Virus record (IMG/VR): IMGVR_UViG_3300030419_007436 | Coordinates: 64,001-128,000 of that record | DNA: 64,000 nucleotides | Source: a virus | Reading direction: 5' to 3' (one strand) | Part shown: piece by piece, positions 10,422 through 20,334 of the stretch | How positions within the stretch are numbered: position 1 is the stretch's first letter | Layout of the letters: each line of letters starts with the position of its first letter | Program-made: the position numbers and the translations under genes | Notes under the pieces: generated by a model | Told to the model about the DNA's origin: nothing | Database searches by the model: none | The model's input: only the letters and a program-made list of their open reading frames with translations

Positions 10422-10952
10422 TCAAACGTTTTTTTCATACATTAATTCCCCTGATTCTTCTGCCTTTTGATTTCTTTCTTTTTCGTAAGCATTCCGCAAT
10501 TTTCCAAAAATACCGTAAGGATCGGAAGGGATTGCTTCGAGACCAGCTTCTTCGGCGTCTAAAATATCTTCTGGATCATCGTCATGGTGCATCGACGAGT
10601 TTAAATTTTTAAGAGTTTCAATTTTAGCGTTGCCATTGGTAAAATATACCCCATCTACATTTAATCCATGTTCATCGAGAAACTCTTGCACAGCGCGCTG
10701 CTCTTCATTTTCTAAGGATTGGGCCTCTCTGTCTTCATATCTGGAAGTCACAACATATACTACAACATCTGGTTCCCTAATAAATTCTTTAATTCTTTTC
10801 ATCATTGGCTCATAAGGGCCCGCGTGTTTCCATGTACCGGTTTCATCATTAAAATCTGATTTCGCCAAGGTATCATCAAAATCAAACGTAACAACTTTTT
10901 TTTCTTCTTGTTCGTTTAAATACTTTCGCCAATTTTCAAATAGGAGTTTCAT
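10422..10952 (-). CDS. HAD-superfamily phosphatase with class II leader
   Basis: MKLLFENWRKYLNE; VTFDFDDTL (DxDxT), VVTSR, K, HHDDD. Confidence 0.75.
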   Translation of the reverse strand: MKLLFENWRKYLNEQEEKKVVTFDFDDTLAKSDFNDETGTWKHAGPYEPMMKRIKEFIREPDVVVYVVTSRYEDREAQSLENEEQRAVQEFLDEHGLNVDGVYFTNGNAKIETLKNLNSSMHHDDDPEDILDAEEAGLEAIPSDPYGIFGKLRNAYEKERNQKAEESGELMYEKNV

Positions 10953-10955
10953 AAA

Positions 10956-12791
10956 TTAATCCTCTTTTAAAAAGCCGCGCCAATTTTCAAATAGACAATT
11001 TAAATTATTATTTTTTTCTATACCCTCGTTCTGCGCAACTTCAATTTCTTCCTCTCCTTTATCAAACATTGCTTTCGCATATGCTTCAAGATTTTCATCA
11101 GAAAGTTCGTCGACAGCACCAGAAAATGATTTTGTAAAGTCTTCGTCACTCAAATCAGACCCTTTAATGCCTTTTGTTGCTTTTGTTAATTCTTTTCCAG
11201 GTTCATATTTTTTATCTAAAGGAACAATATCAAATTGCTTTATGCCAAAGACATTGGCTAAAAATTTTCTTTTCGCGTCCGTGGTTCCCCTTTTACTTTT
11301 TATAAATCTTTGCAAATCTTCTTTTGTTACTTTACCATCCGGGCCCGTCAATTCATTAAACATTTCTCTGTAAGCTTTTTTCCGGGCTTTTGACGCATAG
11401 TGTACACCGCTCTTGCACCCTCTAAATTTTCTTGTTCTTTCAAAAACGGATGTATAGGGTATACCATATTCTTTGGCGCCTGCTTGTAGCGCTACGTCTG
11501 CATAACCACGGTTTTTACTATATTTCGTACATTTACCACCAAAGGGAATTCCATAAAATATAATTTCGGTACCACCGTCTTGAAGTTCTTTTAATCTTTT
11601 CATTAATTTTTTTACTTCTTTAATTTTTGATCCCGTTGGATATATCCATTGTTCCTCTGTATTCGTTGCCTGCACATTGTTTCCTCCGGCTGAGCCTATA
11701 AAAACAACCTTTGCACCATCAGCTTTTTTAAGAGAATTTCTTATCCTTCCCAATGTGTATCCAATTTTAGACACATTAATAATTCTATTATCTTCACCAT
11801 ACTTTTTTAATAAAGAAGCTCCATGTCTCTTCCAATGACCGTATGTATTCGAGTCTCCGGCAATATATATTCTTGGCCAACTTTTCTGCTGTTTTTCTAT
11901 CTCTGTTTCAGCATAATCATCCCCGACTGCTTTTCCTCGGTATCTGTTCTGTACATATTTTGGGCACCATGGAGCATTAGGCACCTTTCCAGAAAATGTT
12001 CCGTATTCATCACATATTCTATTTCTCCAGCCAGTACGATATCGTTTGCTATATGCTACGCTACTTTTACATTTTTTTATTTTCTCTGCATCCGTTTTAA
12101 TTTTTCGGTACTTCTTATGATTTCTGTATTTATCAATATTATTTTCACACCAATTTGGATCTTCATATTTTTTTGTAAAGGCCCAGTTACCAGCATTCAT
12201 CATAACTTTATTGGCTTGGCTAATTTTTCCTTTATTAATTAATCTAACGAGCCTATTTGCAGTAACACTTCCGGGCCCCGCATTGAACATTCTAGATACA
12301 ATAGCCATAAACTGACCTTTTGTTGGCGCCACCGTGAACTTTCTCACCAAACCATATATTACTGCCATGGCATCATACATCTTTAATTCAATGGCTTCTT
12401 CTTTGGTAATTTTTTGTCCGCCATCTTTCCAATATGGCGCCCACCATTCTCCCATTTTTCCACCGGCAAGGTGCGATTTAAGAACGTGCCCATATCCAAT
12501 TGTTGCTTGCCCTACATGCCGCCCATTTACATAAAAACGATACCAACCATCTTTTCCAGGTCTTCTGTTTCCTTTGCTTTGCCACTTTTTAGGAGAGTGT
12601 TCACTATATACCCCCCTATAAAGGCCTTCCCATCGTGTAATTAAATCCACATCCCTTACACTAATATTTTTAACTAAATTAGTAAGCGCCTCCCTAACTT
12701 CTTCAGAGGCATTTTTATTAAATTGCAAACCTTTTTCAACTCTGCTGAGATGTCTATTTTTATAATAATCTAAAATTTTATCAATTGACAT
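10956..12791 (-). CDS. GH24/phage-lysozyme-like domain fused to SGNH/GDSL hydrolase domain
   Basis: WEG, TIGYGH, ITKEEA, FNAG (lysozyme-like); AGDS, GGNN, GVHY (SGNH blocks); ends LFENWRGFLKED. Confidence 0.6.
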   Translation of the reverse strand: MSIDKILDYYKNRHLSRVEKGLQFNKNASEEVREALTNLVKNISVRDVDLITRWEGLYRGVYSEHSPKKWQSKGNRRPGKDGWYRFYVNGRHVGQATIGYGHVLKSHLAGGKMGEWWAPYWKDGGQKITKEEAIELKMYDAMAVIYGLVRKFTVAPTKGQFMAIVSRMFNAGPGSVTANRLVRLINKGKISQANKVMMNAGNWAFTKKYEDPNWCENNIDKYRNHKKYRKIKTDAEKIKKCKSSVAYSKRYRTGWRNRICDEYGTFSGKVPNAPWCPKYVQNRYRGKAVGDDYAETEIEKQQKSWPRIYIAGDSNTYGHWKRHGASLLKKYGEDNRIINVSKIGYTLGRIRNSLKKADGAKVVFIGSAGGNNVQATNTEEQWIYPTGSKIKEVKKLMKRLKELQDGGTEIIFYGIPFGGKCTKYSKNRGYADVALQAGAKEYGIPYTSVFERTRKFRGCKSGVHYASKARKKAYREMFNELTGPDGKVTKEDLQRFIKSKRGTTDAKRKFLANVFGIKQFDIVPLDKKYEPGKELTKATKGIKGSDLSDEDFTKSFSGAVDELSDENLEAYAKAMFDKGEEEIEVAQNEGIEKNNNLNCLFENWRGFLKED

Positions 12792-12996
12792 TGTTTAAAC
12801 CTTTTAATTTTTTATTCATTCTAATTAATTTCTTATCTAATAAATCGAGCCTTTTCTGTTGTATTCTATTTTCACTTTCAAGAGCCTCTATTTTCAAAGT
12901 AAGAGAATTAAGATCACTTATAGTTGTATAATAGAAACCCGATACAGTGAACAATAAAGTACCTATCATTATTGCTGTTTTTAAATCAAGCTTCAA
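12781..12996 (-). CDS. Small membrane-anchored coiled-coil protein
   Basis: N-terminal hydrophobic helix followed by heptad-like coil. Confidence 0.6.
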   Translation of the reverse strand: MKLDLKTAIMIGTLLFTVSGFYYTTISDLNSLTLKIEALESENRIQQKRLDLLDKKLIRMNKKLKGLNNVN

Positions 12997-12997
12997 C

Positions 12998-13453
12998 TTA
13001 TTGTCCTCTTTTCCACTTTAAAAAATTAATTAATCTCTGACAAGTATCGATCTTATCTTTTATTTTTTTTTCTAAACCAAACTGTGTGACTATTTGATAG
13101 TCTTGAAAATTATCTAATTTTGCCCTTTCTAATCTTATCTCAGCTTCAGATAATCTAGTGAGAGCTTGCATAAACTCTAAGCTAGCCGACAAATATAATT
13201 TTTTTTCAATTAATTTTTTTCCTTCTTTGATAAAATTATCAGAATCATGATAAAGGGCGACAGCACACTCTGCTTCTGATTTATCTTTGCAATCTAATTG
13301 TGGATTACAATCATCTTGAAAAATTATTTTTACAGGACCATCTTCATATTGTGAAGTAACAAGTACTTTGGCGTTCGGATCTTTGACATATTGTGGCCCA
13401 CAGCTTACAATTAAAAACAATAAAACAGAAATATATAAAAAAATGTTTCTCAT
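12998..13453 (-). CDS. Predicted lipoprotein
   Basis: Signal peptide with IVSC lipobox. Confidence 0.65.
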   Translation of the reverse strand: MRNIFLYISVLLFLIVSCGPQYVKDPNAKVLVTSQYEDGPVKIIFQDDCNPQLDCKDKSEAECAVALYHDSDNFIKEGKKLIEKKLYLSASLEFMQALTRLSEAEIRLERAKLDNFQDYQIVTQFGLEKKIKDKIDTCQRLINFLKWKRGQ

Positions 13454-13457
13454 ACTA

Positions 13458-13784
13458 TTAATTAGTTATAAAAACGTGATATGCAATATTACAATGTAAT
13501 ATAAAAACATATGAATACAACATTATAATGGGAATTATTAATATTTGTGTTAATACCCTTTTTCTAACTGACCACAAATATAATATAGCAAAATTAACAA
13601 AAAATAATTTTATATACACGAATAACGTGGGGCTTAAATCTAACCAGTGTTGCATAAGAGGATTTCTCTCGTAGGCAAATCCCTCTGTTATCCAATAAAG
13701 TGTTGCACCGGTGTCTACAATGTTTAATAAAAATAAAATTATGAGTAAAATTTTTAAAATTTTCTCACTTATTATTTGTTTCAT
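13458..13784 (-). CDS. Small multi-pass membrane protein (DUF5658-like)
   Basis: LNIVDTGATLY...ERNPLM pattern; three hydrophobic segments. Confidence 0.55.
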   Translation of the reverse strand: MKQIISEKILKILLIILFLLNIVDTGATLYWITEGFAYERNPLMQHWLDLSPTLFVYIKLFFVNFAILYLWSVRKRVLTQILIIPIIMLYSYVFILHCNIAYHVFITN

Positions 13785-14191
13785 GGTTTTGGCGCTTTTG
13801 TATAAGTTATAGTATAATAGAACGTTAACCAGCCTTCAGAAACTTCCTCTTTTATTTTAGCATTAGAGTATAATCCTTTTGGATCTACGCGTTTTAGATA
13901 TTCAATATAATGTAGAGTTAATAACTCCATAGAAGGTCTACGAATTTTTTCTATTTCTGTATTTTCGTCTGTTGCAACGACTAAGAGCATTTTAACATCT
14001 AAACAGTTGTCAAATCTAACAACTACTGCGGGTCGACCTAAAACACCAACATTCCAACTTTCAGCCGGTTTACAATTATTCTTTACGTTTTGAATTGTTA
14101 TATTAGCATATGGATCTAAGTGTTCATTTTGAGTGGTGGCACAAGAAACCATAAAAGTCGCCACCATAAAAAGCATCATTAATTTTTTCAT
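13781..14191 (-). CDS. Predicted lipoprotein
   Basis: MKKLMMLFMVATFMVSC lipobox. Confidence 0.65.
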   Translation of the reverse strand: MKKLMMLFMVATFMVSCATTQNEHLDPYANITIQNVKNNCKPAESWNVGVLGRPAVVVRFDNCLDVKMLLVVATDENTEIEKIRRPSMELLTLHYIEYLKRVDPKGLYSNAKIKEEVSEGWLTFYYTITYTKAPKP

Positions 14192-14203
14192 TTTTTACCT
14201 CTT

Positions 14204-16330
14204 TTAGTTTGTTTTTTTAATTTTATTACCACAAGCAGTTTCGTCTAAAATTTCTAGAAGACTATTATACATCTCAATCGCCTTCATTGTTAAGGGATAA
14301 ACCTTACCGCCCATACCAGCAGCTGCTAATGCTTCATAATTATCTGCCGAACCAAAATCTAATAAAAGCTCGTGTGTAAAGGCGTAGAAAGATAATTCAT
14401 CAGCTGCATTAATCATATTGACTAGCGTAGCCTCAGTGATCTCAGGTATAAGATATGATTGTCCAGCTTCATCAGAAAAAACGATTACCACGTGTTTTGC
14501 GTCCTCTCGCCAACTAATATCCCATTTTTCTTTAGGTGGGTTTGATTCTGATACCCATGTTCCCATCCACTGCAAATCTGCAAGGGGATATGGAAGGCCG
14601 TTGGCGCCAATTAAATTATGAATTGCAAGATAAATGGCGTCATAGTTTTGCTCACTACCACCGTTTAATGAAAAGCCGGAGTTTTGGAATATTTGCATAA
14701 ATGTATCAAAATCAACTAAGTCGGTCTGAAGCACTACATTTTCTTTCCACGCGACTGGATCATAAGAGGCAGTAAATACAAGGCCCCACTTAACTACGTC
14801 CGAATCACTATAGTGAGTCGCAAATTTATTAAGAGCAGTCATGACAGCGTTAATTTCCTCTACCATCGACCCTGAAAGATCCACAATAAATAATATATCT
14901 GTTGGTTCAAGTTGTTTATCTTCATCGATCATACCATCACAATTAGTATCAGTGCCGTTGCATAAATCTTCTAGCTCTGGTGTTATTTCACCCAAGCATA
15001 GTTTTTTAACAAACTGATTGTTGTCGTCGTAATTGCCCCACGTTCCCGCTATGCAAGTCATTTCGCCGGGAACACAGATACCAACATGCATTGTTTGTGG
15101 AGGTCCGCTATAACAGCCTGCAAAGAGATTTTCATCAATTAATTGGTTACAGTTATCATCATGGTTATTACACTCTTCTGGTTTTATCTCACCTAGGTAT
15201 TTATCACATGTTGCTCCCGGGGATAAAGTTTGTGGAAGCCAATGACAAGCGGCTAAACATTCACTTAATTGTAGTTCAGCACATGTTGGGTCTGTAGGGT
15301 CTGCACACTCACATGTTTTATAACCTGCGCCGCAAACTAATGGACTTTCTTGACATTTAAATAAAGTACCAATATCTTGTTTTGTACAAAGGCAATCTAA
15401 GCCTTCATCAGCTTTTCCATCACAATCATCATCTAAACCATTGCAGATTTCTTCTTTAGGTTGCTTTGCCGTACAAATCCATTGACCACCAACACAATAT
15501 TGTAGATTTTCTTCACAGTCTGTAGAACATTTGTCTATTAAATCTTCATCAATTAGGCCGTTACAATCATTATCAATCCCATCGCATATTTCATCATCGA
15601 CGGGCCCGCACTTGCCGCATGCGTTTAGCTGTCCTTCATCAGTTTCACCATCGCAGTCATTATCAATGCCGTCACAAACTTCTTCAGGTTCTTTTCCACA
15701 ACCACCACATGCATTTGCAACACCATTATCAATTACACCATCACAATCGTTATCTATAAAGTCACAAACTTCCTCTGGGACGTCTCCACACTGCCCACAA
15801 GCGTTAATAACGCCTTCATCGATCTCTCCATCACAATCGTTGTCTATAAGGTCACAGACCTCCTCTGAGCAGTCTGATTTGCAGTTTGTATATTGTATCT
15901 GTCCTTTATTACAGAGCTTATCTTTTGTCCCGGGATATCCTTCTTCTGTTGTGCATGGAATATTAGCCTCTAGAACTGGCTGTGATGGATTACACTCTAA
16001 ATGTGCTTCACATTCACCTTCAAAAACTATAGTTGGGGGGCTATTACAATTGTTGATGCAGATCTGCTTTTGCCAAACAACGTCTAAGTTGCCGCAAAAG
16101 TACCACGCGCACTCAACACAGGGATCTGTATATATTGAATATGTATCTTGTTCTATATCTTCTTCTATATCTTCTTCTACGTCTGGCTCACTAACATCTT
16201 CAATTTCTGGATATGTATATACGTGTTCATTGTTTCCATTTCCGCCCTGTTGATTATTGCTGCATGAAACTATAAAGAGTAAAGCAAATATAATAACAAG
16301 GCATATATAAATTAGTCTTTTGAAGGACAC
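14204..16330 (-). CDS. Lipoprotein with Cys/Asp-rich MopE-like repeats and C-terminal VWA domain
   Basis: IVSC lipobox; about 7 repeats of EExCDxxDNDCDGxxDEG; DILFIVDLSGSM MIDAS motif. Confidence 0.8.
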   Translation of the reverse strand: MSFKRLIYICLVIIFALLFIVSCSNNQQGGNGNNEHVYTYPEIEDVSEPDVEEDIEEDIEQDTYSIYTDPCVECAWYFCGNLDVVWQKQICINNCNSPPTIVFEGECEAHLECNPSQPVLEANIPCTTEEGYPGTKDKLCNKGQIQYTNCKSDCSEEVCDLIDNDCDGEIDEGVINACGQCGDVPEEVCDFIDNDCDGVIDNGVANACGGCGKEPEEVCDGIDNDCDGETDEGQLNACGKCGPVDDEICDGIDNDCNGLIDEDLIDKCSTDCEENLQYCVGGQWICTAKQPKEEICNGLDDDCDGKADEGLDCLCTKQDIGTLFKCQESPLVCGAGYKTCECADPTDPTCAELQLSECLAACHWLPQTLSPGATCDKYLGEIKPEECNNHDDNCNQLIDENLFAGCYSGPPQTMHVGICVPGEMTCIAGTWGNYDDNNQFVKKLCLGEITPELEDLCNGTDTNCDGMIDEDKQLEPTDILFIVDLSGSMVEEINAVMTALNKFATHYSDSDVVKWGLVFTASYDPVAWKENVVLQTDLVDFDTFMQIFQNSGFSLNGGSEQNYDAIYLAIHNLIGANGLPYPLADLQWMGTWVSESNPPKEKWDISWREDAKHVVIVFSDEAGQSYLIPEITEATLVNMINAADELSFYAFTHELLLDFGSADNYEALAAAGMGGKVYPLTMKAIEMYNSLLEILDETACGNKIKKTN

Positions 16331-16389
16331 ATCCTATACCTCACATTATAACTATGTTTAGGATACAATAAAAAACGTTTGTTTTAAAA

Positions 16390-16740
16390 TTATTTCTGAG
16401 ATATATCAACTGGAGGAGAAGAAAATTGTACACCCAATATCCTATCTCCTGATTCATCTTTCAATGTCGACAGTTGTTTTTTAAGAAATATGCCGTAATT
16501 TACCATTCCAGTTTCATTGACAATACATTTTATTTCTAGTACTGCTGCTTTTTGCGAGTTTGATATATTTCTTTGCTGTTCTTTGGTTTTTACGATTGTA
16601 ACACCAGGGATTGCACGAATTTTCTCAAAGATATCTGCATAAAGGTTTGCGTCCTTTTCTAAACGAACTAATACGTTAAATTCCCATCTATTTTTAATTT
16701 CTTTTAGATAGTTACGAAAATTTTCAAGAATTAGTTTCAT
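16390..16740 (-). CDS. Hypothetical protein with class II leader (MKLILENFRNYLKE)
   Basis: ORF track; leader motif. Confidence 0.7.
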   Translation of the reverse strand: MKLILENFRNYLKEIKNRWEFNVLVRLEKDANLYADIFEKIRAIPGVTIVKTKEQQRNISNSQKAAVLEIKCIVNETGMVNYGIFLKKQLSTLKDESGDRILGVQFSSPPVDISQK

Positions 16741-16748
16741 TGTTTTTG

Positions 16749-17735
16749 TTAATCTTGCCCAATTGGCGGGTACCCTCTGGGGAGCCCAAGTTTTCTTCTT
16801 GTACTCTTGCCCGCATTGGTGATAATCCAGTTTTTATGATATCTTATTACCCCGTCACCCACCAATTTCTTAAACTTTTCTAATTTATCCTCACCGAGTG
16901 ACCGAACCAAGTCGACTGAGGGATCCGGATCTTGCGCAATTGTCTGCATATATACTATGTCTGGGTCTCTCGTTTTTTTGGCCAATTTATTAACTTTGTC
17001 TAAATGTACCTGAGTATAATGCGCGCCAGAGCGCCACTCTGTCCTTCTCTTTGGCTTAACTTGCTTAACTTTTACTTTTATTTTTCGTTTTTTCCACTTT
17101 CTATATTTTGAATAATGATCTTTTAAACTCGGATATAAAATTTCACATGCTCTATCAGTTTTTTCACTGGGCGCGCCCCCATCGCCTTTTCGTGGTTTAT
17201 AATGTTCACTATCTGGGCATCTTCTAGCATTTCTTCTTTTGAAAAAGTCTTCTTTTTTACCATCCCACTCCCATTTTCGTTTTTTATTAAGCCATCTTGT
17301 CGACATTCCTAAGAAACGCTTCGGCATTGGCGATCCAAGGGCCCAAATTTCTTCAGTTACATCTCCTGGCTTGACATCGCCCATGAGATTCCACCCTCTA
17401 TCTTTATATGAAACGCATTCTCGCTCCCAGAATCCTTCAGGAGTTTGTTTTGTTTGACCTTGTTTACACGTACCTTCTTTAAAATCAAAATGTAATACGC
17501 CTGGCGATGTCCACGGATGACAGTCTGTGTCTTCTTCTGGGTTATATGTACCCGGCAAAGGTTGATATCCATCTCTACATTTAAAAGGTTCTTCTTCTGT
17601 GGTTGTCTCATCACTCCCGGCCGCTTGATGTGCGATTTGTAGTGCTCTCGGGAACCCGAAGGCGCCCCATTCTTCTAAAGTACCTCTTAATTCTTCTCTA
17701 ATTATCTCTTTTATTCTTTTTTTAGTGACATGCAT
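16749..17735 (-). CDS. Hypothetical protein with class I-like leader (MHVTKKRIKEIIREE)
   Basis: ORF track; RBS AAGGAG upstream. Confidence 0.7.
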   Translation of the reverse strand: MHVTKKRIKEIIREELRGTLEEWGAFGFPRALQIAHQAAGSDETTTEEEPFKCRDGYQPLPGTYNPEEDTDCHPWTSPGVLHFDFKEGTCKQGQTKQTPEGFWERECVSYKDRGWNLMGDVKPGDVTEEIWALGSPMPKRFLGMSTRWLNKKRKWEWDGKKEDFFKRRNARRCPDSEHYKPRKGDGGAPSEKTDRACEILYPSLKDHYSKYRKWKKRKIKVKVKQVKPKRRTEWRSGAHYTQVHLDKVNKLAKKTRDPDIVYMQTIAQDPDPSVDLVRSLGEDKLEKFKKLVGDGVIRYHKNWIITNAGKSTRRKLGLPRGYPPIGQD

Positions 17736-17912
17736 GCTCGCACTCCTTGAAAATGGTGATATATCTTAAATAATTAGTCAAAAAATACTCTTATTACTAT
17801 TAATATTCCATTTTTTTGTACACCAATATAGCCTAAAAAGGCATAAAAAACAGTAAAATATTACCATTTTAAGGGTATTTGGGGGTTATTTTAGGGGTAA
17901 AATAGCTTGTTT

Positions 17913-18095
17913 TTAGATGTCTAGGACGATAATTTCGCTATTTTCTTCGGTTTTTTGCTCATTTTCTGGTAAAATTGTCATTTCTGGGGCTGGAATTTGT
18001 AAAAAAGGCCTCTCGTCAAGCGTTTTTTGCTTGTTTTTCTCCATTTTTATCAAAAAATCAATCATTTCCGGTGAAAAATCGGTTAAAAATGGCAT
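17913..18095 (-). CDS. Small hypothetical protein
   Basis: RBS AGGAGG before ATG; ACTATTTAT motif upstream. Confidence 0.55.
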   Translation of the reverse strand: MPFLTDFSPEMIDFLIKMEKNKQKTLDERPFLQIPAPEMTILPENEQKTEENSEIIVLDI

Positions 18096-18140
18096 TTTTA
18101 GGCCTCCTATCTATAATAAATAGTTTTAAAAGGCCCTAAA

Positions 18141-19859
18141 TTACTCCTCGGCAGCCCCCGGTGGTGCGCTTTTTATGTATTTTGAGCTACTTTTTGCAAC
18201 CGGAAACATGCCTGTGTCGGTTTTGTTCGGCCCTTGAGACCTTAATCTATTAATAAAACTACTATAAGTGCTTCTCGCGTGTGCAACAGAGGGCTCATTT
18301 GACATTGTTGGGTCTTTTTCTTCGTCCAATTCGTCTAAATCTTCCCAATCGAACGCATCAGGGTCGAAATATTCGAATTTTTCCTCCTTTTCGGGGTCAA
18401 ATTCGTCTTTTTCTTCACTTTTTCCTTGTTTTTGAGTAATTTTGTCCGAAAATTGGTCCAAAATGTTCTTTTTCGACTTAGAAAACACAAAAAAGAAGGG
18501 ATTTTCGTCATTTTCGTGTTCTGCACCCACTTTTTTCTCTTTTTCAACCCCATATTCGTTATTTTGCATGAATTTTGCCCAAACGCGCTCTGCGTCGGGA
18601 CTAGTTTCATAAGAATCGGGCGCTAAACCTTCTTCAGCTAGCTCTAGAGCCATCAAATACATGATTGTGCCCACTTTTTCGCTGTTTAGGGGCGAAGATG
18701 ACCACGCAACCTCCCAATGGGGCACATTTGTGCGTTTTTCAAGCGAAATATAGGCATTTGTACCCTCTTTTTTGCTTTCTACGGGCTCTTTTGTCACTGG
18801 ATCAAGTAAATTGATGGTGATTTCGCTTGGAGAGGTCGTAATGTCATATAAAAAGTCATTTGGGCCCTTAATTTCAGCATTTTCGAGAAATAGGCGCCAA
18901 TTTTTAGTTATATTTTCTTTCATTATCGGTGTTTCGGTATCTTCCGGCGCAGGATGCCATGTTTTTGCTATGTCATCGTCAAAAATAGCTGATATTCCTC
19001 TTCCCGCGTCTCTAGGGTTTTCTCCTGCGACTGTTCCTGCATCAGTTCCCAACCCAAAGCCCGGATCAAGTATAACAAACTGTTTTTTTCCATTTCTCAT
19101 GGCATATCCAACATTATATGGTCTAATATCCCATGATGGAAGATTAAATTGTGCTAAAAGGTCGCGAATATTTAATATAAGAGGATCATTAACTAGCTCT
19201 TCACCGTCGCCATAAGTTATTGTATGTTCTGCTCGCTTATCTATTTGTTTTGCAGCAACTTCAGGTATTGTTTTAGTGTTTATTAGTTTTTGAAACCAGT
19301 ACTGGAAATCTTCAGTTGGCTCATCTTTCCAAACAGGGAAAAATTCTTGCATTTCTTCCCAAGATGTTATATCTTTGACTTTTTCAGAAACAATCCAGAA
19401 GTAATCTTTGGCACTGTCATAGACTTTTGGTACTAAGTCAGAAGATGTTTGATAAAATGCTTGAGCTTCGTCCCGATTCATCTCCATACTTCTTCTAGAC
19501 TCTCTACCTTGATTAACCGCGGGCCCTACAACCTTTAAAACAAGCTCTGGGTTTTCTGGAACGTTAAAAGTGGCCCTAAAAGATCCTGCGCCAAGCTTGG
19601 TGTATCCCTCCTTCTCCATACAATCATAAAAATCAGGAGGAAAAACATCAATTGATTCATTTCTAAGATCTTTTATACATTGTATACTATCAGGATTCTT
19701 TCCAAAATATGTTTCACGTGACTTTTCCGGCGTATCATCATATTCATATGGTGCACTATATTCATCAGGTTGTGTCACACCAGGCTTTTGTACTTTTGTT
19801 GTTGCAAAAGGGTCAACATTTTCATTTAAAAACTGGCGCCAGCTTTTAAAAAAGCTCAT
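18141..19859 (-). CDS. Protein kinase-like domain plus GNAT-like domain, with class II leader and an internal leader copy
   Basis: Start MSFFKSWRQFLNE at 19859; LGAGSF, VLK, DIRPYN, ILDPG; GTIMYLMALE...SPDAERVW; internal NWRLFLENAE. Confidence 0.6.
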   Translation of the reverse strand: MSFFKSWRQFLNENVDPFATTKVQKPGVTQPDEYSAPYEYDDTPEKSRETYFGKNPDSIQCIKDLRNESIDVFPPDFYDCMEKEGYTKLGAGSFRATFNVPENPELVLKVVGPAVNQGRESRRSMEMNRDEAQAFYQTSSDLVPKVYDSAKDYFWIVSEKVKDITSWEEMQEFFPVWKDEPTEDFQYWFQKLINTKTIPEVAAKQIDKRAEHTITYGDGEELVNDPLILNIRDLLAQFNLPSWDIRPYNVGYAMRNGKKQFVILDPGFGLGTDAGTVAGENPRDAGRGISAIFDDDIAKTWHPAPEDTETPIMKENITKNWRLFLENAEIKGPNDFLYDITTSPSEITINLLDPVTKEPVESKKEGTNAYISLEKRTNVPHWEVAWSSSPLNSEKVGTIMYLMALELAEEGLAPDSYETSPDAERVWAKFMQNNEYGVEKEKKVGAEHENDENPFFFVFSKSKKNILDQFSDKITQKQGKSEEKDEFDPEKEEKFEYFDPDAFDWEDLDELDEEKDPTMSNEPSVAHARSTYSSFINRLRSQGPNKTDTGMFPVAKSSSKYIKSAPPGAAEE

Positions 19860-20104
19860 TAGTCCCCAAACCCTATTTTTTCCCAATATTCATCATCAAA
19901 AAGTCCATCTTCGATGTCCCGACCAAATTCGAAGTCTTGACCTAAGAACGCTTCCCATGATTTTTCTAATTCTTTTTGAATTAGCATTGTTTTTACTTCA
20001 TTATAGTGTGAGTCACCTACTTTTTCTTTCATTTCTTCTAAATTTCGACGAGCTTCACTAATCGTGAGTTTTTCTTTTTCATACTCTACACAAATTAAAC
20101 ACAT
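19859..20104 (-). CDS. Small hypothetical protein with N-terminal CxxC
   Basis: MCLIC; TAATG coupling to the next gene. Confidence 0.6.
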   Translation of the reverse strand: MCLICVEYEKEKLTISEARRNLEEMKEKVGDSHYNEVKTMLIQKELEKSWEAFLGQDFEFGRDIEDGLFDDEYWEKIGFGD

Positions 20105-20334
20105 ATTTTTTTTACCTCTATAAGTTTTTCTTACTGCTTTTAATAAAGTGTTTTGACTTCTTTTTTACTTTGTTAAAACCATTGTTTTTTCCGTTCTTCA
20201 TATTAACTCCTATTTCCAGAATTGCCACCACTTCTTTTTCGGCCCGGAACCTAAAGATTTAAAGGTTAATTTTGCAAACATTTTTTTCAATCTTTTAGTT
20301 CCCACATTTCTAGTTCCTTGCAGTCTCCTGCTTT

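Noticed and set aside
17790-17910. AT-rich intergenic stretch with GGGGTxxTT-like motifs as a replication origin
   Set aside because: The repeats are short and irregular, with no supporting initiator gene or iteron spacing.
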